The translations under genes and the position numbers were made by a program. The notes below the pieces were generated by a model. It saw nothing but the letters and a program-made list of their open reading frames with translations. It was not told where the DNA came from and did not search any database. Positions 25,241 to 37,949 of a DNA stretch of 64,000 nt are shown here, in pieces. How positions within the stretch are numbered: position 1 is the stretch's first letter; each line of letters starts with the position of its first letter. The stretch comes from Torpedo marmorata (Eukaryota): NCBI GenBank assembly GCA_977017645.1, contig OZ360240.1, forward strand, positions 28,024,001 through 28,088,000, written 5' to 3'.

Positions 25241-28200
25241 CAAATATTCAAACCAGGACCACAGCACCCAGTAGGATACCGGCATCTAAAGTGAATCTCC
25301 ATCAGTATAGGGACCCTCCACCTCCCTGTGGTGTTTCCACCCCTTCCATGAGCTGGGCTGCCTGAAGTTCCACAGTCCCTGGCTGGCTTTGGTTCTGGAA
25401 TATCACATGACTTAGTTGCTCAAACCTTAAACTGGAGATCTTATTGAGAGACAAGCTGAAGGTTGTCAGTTCAATCATAGTGAAATTACTATTGATATTT
25501 CAACCTGTTACCAGCACCAGGTAATCACATCACCTTCACATTATTATGGGAAAACTCAAGGACATTATGCAAATTAAAAATGATTGAAAAAGGTGGTGAC
25601 TTTCAGCAAACAAAAAACATCAATGACAGGCATTGATCAACAGTTAGTCAGAAATGGCTTCAAAGGAAGTGGCTGTCCATAATGTATCAGAAATGAACAG
25701 TCAGCCATAAAAACAAAAACAAAATAGGAGCAAGGAAGAACATACAGCTTCTTGACCCACCATTCAGTAAAAGCACGGCTGGTTTAATCTTGGCCTCAGC
25801 TCTACTTTCCAGGTTGCTTGTCACAACCACTAATATTTGAATATTAAAACTCATATTATTGCCTGAATTCAAATTCAATGGTGTTGAATTGTGAAAGGTT
25901 ATTAGTTGATAAAGTTGGGGGAGAAGGCATTTAAAAACGGTGAGGGGAATACCTGTACATGGAGGGTGGTTACCTTTCTTTCATTCATTGTTGTCATAAT
26001 CAAAGTCGAGCGCGTAAATTCTTTTAAAGGGAAATTATATAATTGCATGAGAAGAGGGATATCTATGTACATGGACACTGAGCAGGAGAGAAGAGTCAGC
26101 ATTGACTGCTCCATTCAACAAAAAATGTGAGTGCAAACAGGATGTGTCAAAGGCTTCTTTCTGTCCAATAACACTGTGATTCTTTACACTATGGCAAAAT
26201 CCAAGACATTCTAATGATCGCTTAAGGATACCACTAAGACATGAAACACAAATAACTTTTGTGTTGGATTCATTTTAGACTTTCCAGATGCTGCATTTCC
26301 AAACTCAGTAATGAACACACATGCTTTACTTATCTATTGTATACTCCAGCAAAAAGGATTATCCTGCAGAACTAGTAATCAGATACTCCGCCGATTCTAA
26401 TGACTGGATTACTTTGGCGGCAGATGGAGTGGGATATGAAAGGAACCATTTTGGCAAGCTAGAATTCATAGAACTGCTCAACCAAATGAAACAACCTTTT
26501 ATGCTTTTCCTTGGGGAATGAGATATTACTTTGATAAGTATAGATGGTGATGGGTTAAGACAGTAATCAATTTTGACAAACCTTTATTATTTTTTCTCCT
26601 GTCAGTTTGTATCCGTGTATGATAATATTAAGTCATTACATTTTAGTATGAAATGAATATGCTTTATGTTTTGTTAGTTAAAGCTTCAATAGAGTAAGGA
26701 TTAAAAATGCACATGCGGATTTGACTGGGACATGAAAATGCTGATGTTCCTTGTGGCTTAATATTCCAAACATTCTGCATGGAGTTGAGAAAGATTGGTT
26801 TTGGCATCATTTTAGTTCTGCAAGTGAAAATATGGAGCTTTGCCTTATGTGGAAACGAATCTGCCCAGGTAATGTCAAGGAACATTTCAACCAGTCTTCT
26901 TTCTGCACTGTACCAGCCATGTTTGGCTTCTGGGTTACCCAGCTGCATCCCTGCATATTCTTGAGGCTTCCTAGACCTTATCACTTCCAAGCCCCCTGAA
27001 TTTGAGTGAATAGGGTGGCCACTCTAGATTGTTTGGCAATATGATTCAAAAATCTTGTGATTAGTTCACTTGGAACATGCCTGTGTCGTGGCAATCTTGG
27101 TTGACCACAGCAAATCTGTACTCACAAGATGTCCTCACACCTCATTTAACGTGGCACTAGGCAACCCAGGTACTCCTGCAACTGTTTTTTTTTCTTGTGG
27201 AAATTGGCCTCTGAACATTCTAAACAGCTGACAGTACCAAATGAACTTCCTCGTTTCCTTTACATTTATGCATTTCAAATGTAATTCCAGACTTCCACTT
27301 GACAAAGGAAGCCTTTCATTTTGTAATTAAAGCATGAATAATACATTATTCACTTTCAAAATGCTGAGTTTTATTTTTGTTCCATCCTGATTCGAATTCT
27401 CCCGAAAAGTTGCTCATCTCCTCCGCAGTTGCATCAGATCGCACATCTCCTTTTGGCGCATTGTAACCACGCACTATATCTTCACCGCCTTTCCCTCGTG
27501 ACTGCTTTGTTTTATGCTTTTTATATCCTTCTCTCAGGACATACTTGTGTGGTAATTCTCTTGTCTGGCTGAAGCAAAGCAAACTCTCATTTAGAGAAAA
27601 ATACAATAGGCTGTCCATTTAAATTGAAAACTTCTCCTGTCAACACATGGGTGGAATTATGGACAGACATATAAGCTGATGTATATCCAAAACAAATCAG
27701 GTTAAATTTGAACATCAACAATAGAGATTAATATTTCAAATTTTGGCAATCCATGCTGAGCATAAACACTCATGGCAATATCATTACATTTTCAAGCAGT
27801 GAAAGCCTGAAACCAGTTTTTTTGTCGATTCCCCCCCCCCCCTTCCAATGAGTGCTTCAATGCAATTTCTTGTAAACATGTCAAAAGTTGCCAAAAAGTG
27901 AATCTCACACTCTTGCTGAGGGCCAAAAGAAAGAAGAGGTGAGTTAGCAGCTTACTTACTATCAGCGTGAACACAGTAATGGTTCCCATTCCAGGAGGGT
28001 GAGGGTCAAGAATCAGGGAGTGTGGAACGACGATGGCTGGCAAAGAACCAAGTGAAGTGAAGAAAATCTTTTTTTAGGCAACGGGTTTGGGGATTAGTGA
28101 GGGTAGAATTAATCACTACTTTCAAAAAGGACAACTAGCTGAATGGGAAAGGAAAATATGAACAGGGGCAAGGGGAGAGGACACAGGATAGAAGTGGCTA

Positions 28201-28458
28201 AATAGCTCCTTCTGTGCGGCAACCATTTTGTGATGCTCTGAAAAGGTTCAAGGTTTCCTTTTATTGTCGCGTAATAATACATTAAAAATGTAATATACAG
28301 TACATGATATACTTCAACTTTTGTCTGCCGTAAGGCAAACAAAGAGTCACCGTGAGCATTGCCCCGGCACCCCTAACAATAGGAGAAAGAGAAGCAAAGG
28401 AAAGTCCATACCATAAATTTGTTCATTGTTACTAAATAAATGAAAGATGGAAATACTA

Positions 28459-28698
<240 letters not shown>

Positions 28699-29391
28699 TT
28701 AGTGACAATTACAACACTTTCTTCTTCCCCACCTGGACTTCAATGGTTGAAGGAGAACACTCAACAGTAAATAGGCAGACAATTCTGGCTTTACTGGAAT
28801 GGCACAAAATCTCCAAAAAAAAAATCAACCACAAAAAGCTTCTCTACCATAATTTTAAACAGGAAAGTCTGCAGACACTGTGATTGTAGCGTAATACACA
28901 AAGGTTTCTCCAAAACTTTTATATATTACTCTGCCATAATTTTATTGCTCTGTAAACAGAAAAACTAGGTTTTGTTGCATGGAATTTATAGCACACTAAG
29001 AGTGCCAATAAGACTTCTTTGGTGCGCTTACAACCATCAAATGTAATATTTGTGCAGGTTTTAGCACTTGTACAATGTCTATATGCGCAAAAATTCCCCT
29101 TGTAATGTAGCAGAACTGGAAAAGTAAGCAGTGACTGTAGATAATAGGCCGAGGTGTAGGAAGAGGGAGGAGAAGAAGGGGAATAAGAGCTCATAGCATG
29201 AGATTATATCTGCCCATTGTGCAATTTCTCCTGCAGGACCTCAGCAATCAACAATAATGTAGGGAGATCCTCAGTGAATACTGCAACCTGGTGCTAACTT
29301 CATAGTAGCATTAGGAGAATATAAGGGCTGCATTGCACATTGAAGGCAGTGCAGAGGTGAACAGAGCCTTTAACTTTTATGCTTCAGTCAG

Positions 29392-30130
29392 CATTCAAGA
29401 TTCTTTTATTGTCATGGAATAAAACAGAGGGTATAATATTACACAAAATTACCTTCAGTCTGCCGTAAGGCTGACAAAGAGTCACCATTGGTATTGACTG
29501 GCGCCCCTTACAGTAAGAGAAAGAGAAGCAAAAGAGAGTCCTTTCAGAGTCAATGAGTGTCTGTGGATTCGCCTCCAGCGCTCCCGCAGCCTCTGCGGCC
29601 GCACAGATCCCTGTTCTATCCGTTGGCAATCCGAGCTCCAGATCTAAACCTTTTCTACGATCAGGAAGCCTTCATCGCCCGATGCCATTCGGAAGCCCTT
29701 CTTGCCCTCAGCACCCTCTTGAATCCCGGTTCCGATACTTGGTTCGCATGAGCCAGTCGCCAGCAACCTGCAGCCTCTGTGGGTCCTTTGACCGCAAGTT
29801 GCCAACAACCTACAGTAGGGTCGTCTCCTATGCTTCTCCTTCTCAACAGAGGGTGTTCTCCCCATTTCTGGCACACTGCGCCGGTCCACTGCTCCCCGGA
29901 GTCTGCAATCCCTCGTGGCTGCTGCCAGCACAGACGCTGCCATCTTGGGCACAGAGCCCGCGGTTGCAGGATCTTAAATAACAGCACTGCTGCCTCCTTT
30001 AACAGGCCGCTTAAAGCCTGTACAGAGCTGTCGGCATTAGTACAGGGAGGTTGGACCCTGGGGAGGAGCCCTGAGTCTCCTCTCCCCACTCTCCCCGGGT
30101 CTGCGCCAGCCGCAGCGCCACCATTTTTTT
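29392..30130 (-). mobile_element. Unnamed GC-rich non-autonomous retroelement (~0.75 kb), copy 1
   Basis: Homologous over its length to 30485-31308 and 44372-45241; ends gacaataaaagaatcttgaat on the minus strand; no conserved ORF. Confidence 0.75.
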
Positions 30131-30309
30131 CAATCTGGATCTGGAGATTTCTGTAAGATCTCATAGCTGCCATTGGCTATTGCATGAAGAAAGTCACCAA
30201 GACTCTCTTCTTACAAGAGAGGTAAATACAATTCATCCTATCTTGCTGGAGAGTAGCAAACAGATAGAGCTTACTGAGATTACCTCTGGTGCTGGGAAAT
30301 ATTGAAGTA

Positions 30310-31633
30310 CAGCAAAAGTCCTAAAATCCGGACTGCTCGGGGATAGGGTCGGCTCGAATTTTCAGATTTTCCTGATTCTCGCGCAGTACTTTTAAAATTC
30401 AAATTTAAGGAGGAATAAAGAGATAAACAGGTAAATTTTGATCGTTTATTCATTAGCAAATACAGCATGCTTCATTTATATGGCATAACGGCGGCACTGC
30501 CGGAACCACTGTAGCGGCAGCACTGCCGCTGGTGCAGACCCGCGGGGAGCGGAGATACAGCGCTCCCGCGGGGTCCAACTCCCCAGTCGACTGCCGTCAG
30601 TTCCGCACAGGCTTTGAACGGCCCGTTAAAGGAGCCGACGGTGGTTTTATTTAAGATCCCGCGACCACGGGGTCTACGCCCAAGATGGCAGCGCCTTTTA
30701 AACGGCAGCAGCCACGAGGGGCTGCAGATTCGGGGGAAGCGGAGGACTGGAAGATCACCCCCCGTCTGAGAAGGAGAAACAGAGGAGACGACCCACGGGA
30801 CGGTGACCACGGCGGCGGACCAGTGAGGGGCTCTGAGGCTGAAGGACCAGTGCATGCGGCGGGCTGCTGGCGATTCGAGGCGAGGAACCCGCGGAGGCTG
30901 TGGGCTGCTGGAGACTGGTGTCAGGGGACTCACGCCGGGCTGCGGACTGCTGGAGGCTGGCTCAAACTGGCTGGAGGAGTACCAGGTATCGGAACCGGGA
31001 TGCGAGGGGGTGCCGAGGGCAACCTGACCGTGTTGGAGGTTCGGATCTGGAGCTCGGGATGCCGATGGTTTGGACTGGACTCTGTGTGGCTGCGGAGGCT
31101 GCGGAAGCGCTGGAGGCGAATCTATGGACACTCGGTGACTCTGGGGGGACTCTCTTTTGCTTCTCTTTCTCTGACTGTAAGGAATGTAAGAGGCGCTTAG
31201 GCAATTTCTGCCGGTGGCGAATCTGTCTGCCTTGCAGCAGGCAAAAAGAAATTTCATGGACTATGACACTCTCTTATTACTATGACAATAAATTGAATCT
31301 TGAATCTTATCAAAAGGAGCAGTTTTAAAGAAAAATAAAGTCAACACTTGACAAAAATGTAAACATAATTTTTTTTCACTGTAAAAAAGAGCATGTAATG
31401 CTTGAAATTATGTTTACAAATAAACATTGTAAAAGAAAAATACAGCATACAAATGAATTTCTTTGTGATGATTACCTGTATTAAGTGTGGTCGCTTGTTG
31501 CCGCTGTGCATCTGTGGCACTTATGCATGCACGCACACATGCACACAAAAGCCCACTAAATTAAAAAAGTTATGAGAGTCCAGATTCTCGAGTGGTCTGG
31601 ATTTCTGGCGTCCAGATTTTTGGACTTTTACTG
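30310..31633. mobile_element. pogo/Tigger-type MITE (family 1) split by a retroelement insertion
   Basis: TIRs cagcaaaagtcctaaaatccgga...tccagattttttggacttttactg with TA flanks, same TIR as 8840-9121. Confidence 0.8.
30485..31308 (+). mobile_element. Unnamed GC-rich non-autonomous retroelement (~0.82 kb), copy 2
   Basis: CpG-rich body, internal caagatggcagcgcc, tail gacaataaattgaatcttgaatctt; nested inside the MITE. Confidence 0.8.
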
Positions 31634-32370
31634 TAATATTTATTGCTTTACTTGCACTGCAGGTCAACTCTGCCTGACTGGAACTTAAAGGGTTTTCACC
31701 AGACCATGTTGTTGAGTGGCCACCACCAGTTACCCCAGCTGCAGCTGGTATGCATTAAACCTGCAGCCCACTGTGCCTTTTGCAAACCAAAGAACAGGTG
31801 CCAAGGGAAGACAAGACTGAAATTCTTTTTTGCAGCCTATGAATGCATAGGCAACATACACACAGGCTGATGGTGTAACACATTGGCATGCTGGGGCATC
31901 ACCATTACTGCCTGATTTGCTTTGGAGAGTGCATACTGTTCAACCTGGTCATCACGAAGATACAGTACTTGCCTTCAGGCATTTGGGGAGTAGCTGATGA
32001 TGATGCTGAACAGGTGCAGCTGGAGGAAGGAGGAGGAGGAAACCCAGGCAGCCTGGGTGGAAAGGATACCAATAACCACAGCCTCAATTCCTGTCAAGAG
32101 AATCAAACCTCACTTGCCTCTATTATCATTATCCCAATGTACAAATTCATGAGGGACGAGGTGATGAAGATCAGACTAAACTGACTTATAAGATTCATTT
32201 AATTTTAGGACACTATCCAAAATACATAAGCTGTAGCAAGAAGAGACAAACGTTTAATCTTCTGGCTATGTGTGCAAGCAACTTGGAACGTAAACATTGT
32301 AGTCAATGAGCAAAGTGCACAATCAGCCTTTTGAATATTAATACTTCTCCAACAATGAAATGCTACAGAA

Positions 32371-32690
32371 GGATGGCACAGTGGTGCAACTGGTGGTGTT
32401 GCTGCTCAAGGTTCCAGAGACCTGGGATCAGTCGTGATATCCAGTGCCATTTTGTGTGAAGTTTGCACATTCATTGATTACCTAGGTTGCTCTGCATACT
32501 CTGGTTTCCTCTCACAACCCGAAGATGGGTGAGTTGGTAGGTTAATTCACCACTGTAAATTGCACCAAAAGTGTGGTAGAATCCAGAAGGAGTTGATGGG
32601 AATGTAGTTAGTGCAGAATTACTGTAAATGTGAACGTAATGGGTTAGCACAGACTGAATGGGCAGAAGAGACTGATTCTATGCTGCATAA
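32371..32690 (+). mobile_element. Degenerate V-SINE (HE1-like)
   Basis: ggatggcacagtggtgca...gtttgcacattc...ctctggtttcctctcaca...gggcagaagagactgattctatgctg. Confidence 0.65.
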
Positions 32691-33021
32691 CTTGATGATT
32701 CTATTTTTTGTTAATGACTCCCTCTCTGATGTTAAATATAATGCCATTTGAAATAAACAAACGGAACCAATTAACACTTCTTAATTCAAGATTGACAACA
32801 TTCAGGTTAGTCATGTTAGATTTTCTGGTAGGAAATGCTCGCTATCTGAAGAAGCAATGATCAAAATGGAATTGTAAGTACAAAAGCATACGAACTGTTC
32901 CTCAAACCAAAACCAGTTTTGTTGATTTGGATCCAGATTTTGGGATAGTTAATTATAAAATTATAGTTAATTAAAAAAAACAGCTGCTCATTTTTCATGT
33001 TGTAGTAATCCAAAATCTTAC

Positions 33022-33136
33022 CGAAGTAAGTGGTCCCTTTCCCTATCCAAGCGGGCTAAACTCATTCTCTCCTCACGAAAATGATTGGCTTCTTCCTCCA
33101 TCTCCAAGTCAATGACGTATGCAGAACGAGAGGATG
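33022..33136 (-). CDS. BAHCC1: BAHCC1 coding exon (3rd in window, 115 nt, phase 1/2); not in the ORF track
   Basis: Acceptor ttgttggcAG at 33137-33138, donor GTaaga at 33020-33021; ASSRSAYVIDLEMEEEANHFREERMSLARLDRERDHLLR parallels human [32 protein letters not shown]; phases fit both neighbouring exons. Confidence 0.9.
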
Positions 33137-33934
33137 CTGCCAACAACAAAACTTACCATCATCCATTCAGAACTCAAATCAAGTTTATTGCAGTGGTACA
33201 GTTTGATATGAATCAAGAAAAAAGTCATGTAAGGTCTATGGCTTTATCTATGAAGAAATAAAACCATTTGTAAAATGGTTCCATGTTCTGTTATTGATAT
33301 AGCATAGTGGATGAAAAAATGATTAAGAAATAAATTTCTCAATGCTTTGATTCTTTATAGATTTTGAAAGAAATGTATTCTAAATCAAACATCTGTGCAA
33401 ATGTAATAGAAACTGAAAACTAATCGGGAACTGATAGTAGTGCAGGATGACAAACATATGTGGAGCTTGAGCTGAATTCCAATTTGTAGTGCTTGAAATG
33501 TTCTGAACCCTTTTCATCTGGACATTTCCAAGTCCTTTGCTAAGTGCTGAACTGGGTGACATTTAAAAAGGTTTAGAGCAGTTTCCTTCTGAGGTGGTTT
33601 TGGCTACCTTCAGGTCCGCTTTGCGCATATTACCAAAATGCATCCCCATCCTGGGAGTGAAACAGTCATGGTCAAGATCATGTGCAGACTGTTATGTGGC
33701 CGTGAGATGAGAGATGAGGATCAGCTACATTGAGCGTGAGAATTCTTCAGTTGAATAAATAGGTTGGACGAAGTTGAAACTATCAAAGCAAGAACATTGA
33801 ATTACAGCCTAAACTGGACTCAAATATGTAAATATTCTGGGAATTAAATACTGTCTTACTAAATCAATCAGTAATAAAACAACCTGTTGACTGCTCCTTT
33901 TGATTTGTTCACCTACACCCAAAAAGCAAGTTTT

Positions 33935-34650
33935 TTTTCGTTATTAATTCACAGGATGGGGACATTGCTGACAAGACTAGCCTATCCTTAATTGTTCTCT
34001 ATGCTATTTCAGTGATATGGAGTCACGAATAGCCCCAACTGGAAAGGATGGCAGAGGAGTAAATAAAATGATGAGAGTCATAGAAAGGATTGAGTCAGAA
34101 TTATTTTCCTTGGATGAAAATGTCAAATATGAGAGGGCAAGGGTTTATAGTGAGATTTCAAAAATTTAAAGGAGATGTGTGAAGGTAGCTTTTATAATCC
34201 GAGTGGTAGGTGCCTGGATCGCACTGCCAGGGGAGATGGTGGAAGCAGATACGATGGCAATTTTTAGAGGCATTCAGACAGGCATGAATCCTTGAATCAT
34301 GTGAACAGATGAAGAACAGTGTGACATGGACCATGTGCAGGCAGATGACATTAGTTTAGATTGGCTTCGTGGTCAGAATGGATATGATGGGCCAAAGGGC
34401 CTGCTCCCATGCTGTTTTGTTCCATGCTCTATTGCTAGATTTCTTTCTCTTAATGACACTGGTGAATCACATGGGATCCGACACTGGTGTCATGGTCACC
34501 ATGATTGAAACTAGCCTTTTATTCCAGATTTATTTAACTACTTGAATTAAACTTCCTTAGCTGCCAAGCTGGGATTCAAAATCACGGCTGCAGATCAATA
34601 GTTCAGGCCTGTGGATTCAAGTCCAGTAAGACTGACTGACAATGCCATTC
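33935..34650 (-). mobile_element. Ancient LF-SINE-like relic, split by a plus-strand CR1-like 3' fragment (~34070-34430)
   Basis: 33935-34055 and 34470-34650 resemble the reverse complement of the 3' and 5' parts of 2180-2515; the intervening part ends gggccaaagggcctgctcccatgctg (CR1 tail). Confidence 0.5.
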
Positions 34651-34749
34651 AAAAATACTTCTGGTAACAAGAAACATGTTGTGAAAACATTTTAGAGAAG
34701 AGCTAATGAAAGCACCGTTTAATGATTTATTTGGGGCTCATCACCTCAC

Positions 34750-36549
34750 CTTTTACTCCAGGAACATGTCTGTGTTGCCGGCTGGATTCCGCGCCACAAG
34801 GCAGCTCATGTTTGTTCTGGTTATCCTTCTGCCTTGCAACTGCCACCGCTATACCAACCGGAGGCTGCCGCACCTCACCATCACCCTGAGATGACTCATT
34901 TTCTCGTCCTTTGCTACAGTCTAGACGCTCCAAATCTAGGCTTGACTTCCCACTTTGCAGCTTAATCTCCTGGTGGACGCAGCTGGCCCTGATGTTCCCC
35001 AGACCTCCAAAGGGGGTCTTTTGCCCAACGATTAGGGCCTGCGTGCCTGGAGGAAAAGAACTGCTGTACTTCAGCAAACTCTTCATGGCTGAGACTTCAT
35101 CAGCTTGACCTAGCATGTCTTGGTTCAGCACAGATCCTTGCGACAACATTGCCGCCTGCTGTAAACTTGAACTGAAAGGGTCAAGGTAAGAGTTTTTCCT
35201 GTCTTCCCCCATTGGAATCTGGGCACCCTGCCATGGTGGTATGTGGGATCCATTGTAGCTCATACAACTGAGCTCTGGTGGCCTCCTCTTCATCTCCGAA
35301 CCACTTCCTATGTGCTCCACCTCAGGAAGTTTATGGTGTTGGTGCCGTATCCTGGCCACTTTTTGCCCCTGCGAGTCTTTAGAAGCTTTGTCTTGTACAT
35401 CACTGCCCTGTTCCCGGTCCAGCATGTAACTGGTGTGGGTCAGTTTGGCACAGCAAGTCTCCAACTCCCTCGAACAGAAACAATCCTGAGTCTGTGGCAT
35501 TACATAAGTGCTACCTTTCCCTGAGGGGCCCTTGGCTGCCTGAGGTGTGAAGGGAATCACCATTTGTGCACCAGTGATGCTACCACATTGCTGCTTGGAT
35601 TTTATGGCTGAGTTATGGGGCCAGTCCATTCCTTTCCCGTCCAGCTTCAGATGCACATGTGAATTGGGAACAGTCCCGGTCTCTGGTCTCTCTGCGTTTT
35701 TATCATGTGTCTTCTCCTTCCCGATATTTCTGTTGATCTTGCAGTTCTCTGCAGTGACTTGGAAAGGTCTACTCTTGTCACCAAAGTGTCCCACTGAAGG
35801 CACATATGTAGGCCCAGTGACCTTGAGCTCCCTGCTAGCCTTATCTTGAGTAGGGTAAAAAAGGTCTAAGTTGGAATGAACCTGCAAACAGGGGAATGTT
35901 CCAGAGCCTGTGCTAGATGACGGAGGAATGTTGGACAGTGAAGAAGGAACAGAATATCCAACAGAATGATGTGGTGTTTGCCAACTGTCCGAGCACTCAA
36001 TATGCATTGGACCAGAGGGACCGTTCTCTCTGAAATCCCTCTCAAACCTTAAGCTCTCTTTGGTACACCTGCCTGGAGTATGGATGTCCATTTGCCTTGG
36101 TAAAATCCCACCAATATTAGTGCAGCTTGCTAATAAAGTCTTACTGGAATCTCCATTCATAACTTTGGAGTTTGTTAAACAGCTATTGAATTGTTTATTT
36201 CTGTTTTCACACATACTATTGTGCATATTTGTTAGGTCTTCCTTGCATCTCATGTCTGGCATCAGAGGGTGCACTATTTTATGTCCATCTTTTCCATCTT
36301 CTTCTGAGTGTCTCTCCTTGTGTGTCCTCTGATTGTTCATTGAATTGGCTTCATTTTTACTCATCCTCTCTTTGCCTGGTTCCTTTGCGGCCAGCAGTCT
36401 GTCAGTTTCCTTGACTGCTTTGTGGGAGTGGCTCATTTCTCGGTCTCTGCTGCAGGAACCAATGGGAGCCGCTCGGGAAATGGAAGGAAAGCTGTGATTA
36501 GTTGAGAGCAGGGTTGGTTGTCCAGGCAAATTCCTCAGATAGAAACCAT
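34750..36549 (-). CDS. BAHCC1: BAHCC1 large coding exon (2nd in window, 1800 nt, phase 1/1)
   Basis: 600-aa ORF; acceptor aacttgcAG at 36550-36551, donor GTgagg at 34748-34749; FYLRNLPGQPTLL, GPTYVPSVGH, QKVARIRHQHH, DEVSAMKSLLKYSS and DGEVRQPPVGIAVAVARQKD match BAHCC1. Confidence 0.97.
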
Positions 36550-37559
36550 CTGCAAGTTGAGAGAGATTTCATTACATTTTGTCACCATCAATGACAAGAT
36601 GATCCACAGCCTTTTATTCCAACTTACTTCACCCAAGGTTCAACCAGCAATCCAGAGTTTGGTCACTAATGCAATTTTAAGGTGAATAATTGCTTTTTAT
36701 TTACAATAAAACTTATTATGTCCACAAACTTTCACTGTGATTTTTCTTCCTTCATGAAAGCAGCAATTTTCAACTAATAGATAATTCAACAACATTTACC
36801 AAGTTTCCCAACCAAGTAGGCAATATCCAACAGAAAATTCCAGCAGTAAAGAGTTGATTTCTAAATGCAAGTGTGATCTACTGGGATCACGCACTGGATA
36901 ATAATGGCCACGCTCATAATCATCTGTTCATGATCATTCAGCAGCTTTCTCCCTTACATACCAATGAGAAGACAGTGCTTGAAAAAAATCAATTGCTCAC
37001 AGCCAAAATCAGGCAGAAACCTAATCCTGTTAGCTACAGGCCTCGACGCATGTAAAGCTTTTACTTCAACAACAGTGGCACGCTGGGATGGCTGGGGTAA
37101 CTTCCACCCAACAGAGATCATGTAAGGTGGCTTAGGCTGGGATGTGAACCCCAGATTTTCCAAGGGAACAACTTGTTTTCAGATGGAAAAGGACCTGGAT
37201 AATAGTCTCACCCTCGTTTTCAAAGCTCCCCACGATCTTTCTAGGCTCCTGCAACTCCTCAACCCACCAAGATTTCTCCAGTTCTCCAATATCAGTTTTG
37301 TGCACATTCTGGATTTTATTCACAGATGGCCATGCCTGCAGTTGGCCAATTCCTTCCACATGCCTCTCCCTCTCTCCATCCCCCTTGCAGTATTTAAGCC
37401 TCTTTAAAATCTATCTTTTCTTATCTTGGAAGGTGCACCTTTTAACAACAGGGAAGGAGTCCATTCAACTCATTAGTTCCCTGCCAACTCCCAGGGAAGC
37501 TATTCCATTAGTACCATTCCCTCTTTCCTCGTTTCCCTATATCCCTGCAATTTATTCTG

Positions 37560-37770
37560 TCTCGCACATACCTATCAACTCCCTTTGATTCTTTTTGCCA
37601 TTAATCTGCTCAAATATTGAGTGGCCAATTCACCCATCAGCCTGTCTTTGGGAAGTCGGAGGAAATCAAAGCTTCCAGGGAGTGTGTGCAATCTGTGTGA
37701 ACAGCACCCAAGGTCAGAGTTGAACCTGGGTCCATGGAACTGTGATGCAGAAGCACTAAGTGCTCTGCTA
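37560..37770 (-). mobile_element. Degenerate V-SINE (HE1-like)
   Basis: gggaagtcggaggaaatcaaagc...gtgtgcaatctgtgtgaacagcacccaaggtcagagttgaacctgggtcc is the reverse complement of a SINE head plus V domain. Confidence 0.55.
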
Positions 37771-37949
37771 CTGGTCCACCCAATATGTCTGCTTGTGCTC
37801 AATGACAAATTTTCTTCGATTATACATCTGCTGAAGCATCTTTCAGCTTATACCATGCTTTAGGTGTTGTACCATCACAAGTTGCTGCAGGACTGTGGCT
37901 TACTGTATATACTCAATAGACAATAGGAGCTGGAGTAGGCCCTTCAGCG

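Noticed and set aside
30485-30640. HDV-like ribozyme at the 5' end of the GC-rich element
   Set aside because: A strong hairpin is visible, but I could not trace the nested double pseudoknot by eye
29553-31328. Long overlapping ORFs (up to 261 aa) and similar ones at 44468-45354
   Set aside because: Stop-poor frames caused by GC-rich repeat sequence; frames are not conserved among the three copies
31973-32090. Possible 118-nt cassette or poison exon on the minus strand (ttgacAG acceptor, GCaagt donor)
   Set aside because: Needs a non-canonical GC donor, introduces an immediate stop (CGG AAT TGA) and has no homology support; the flanking exons already join in phase
34750-36549. Assignment to the paralogue TNRC18
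   Set aside because: The PPVGIAVAVARQKD-type motif is shared, but [30 protein letters not shown] and QKVARIRHQ follow BAHCC1 as I recall it
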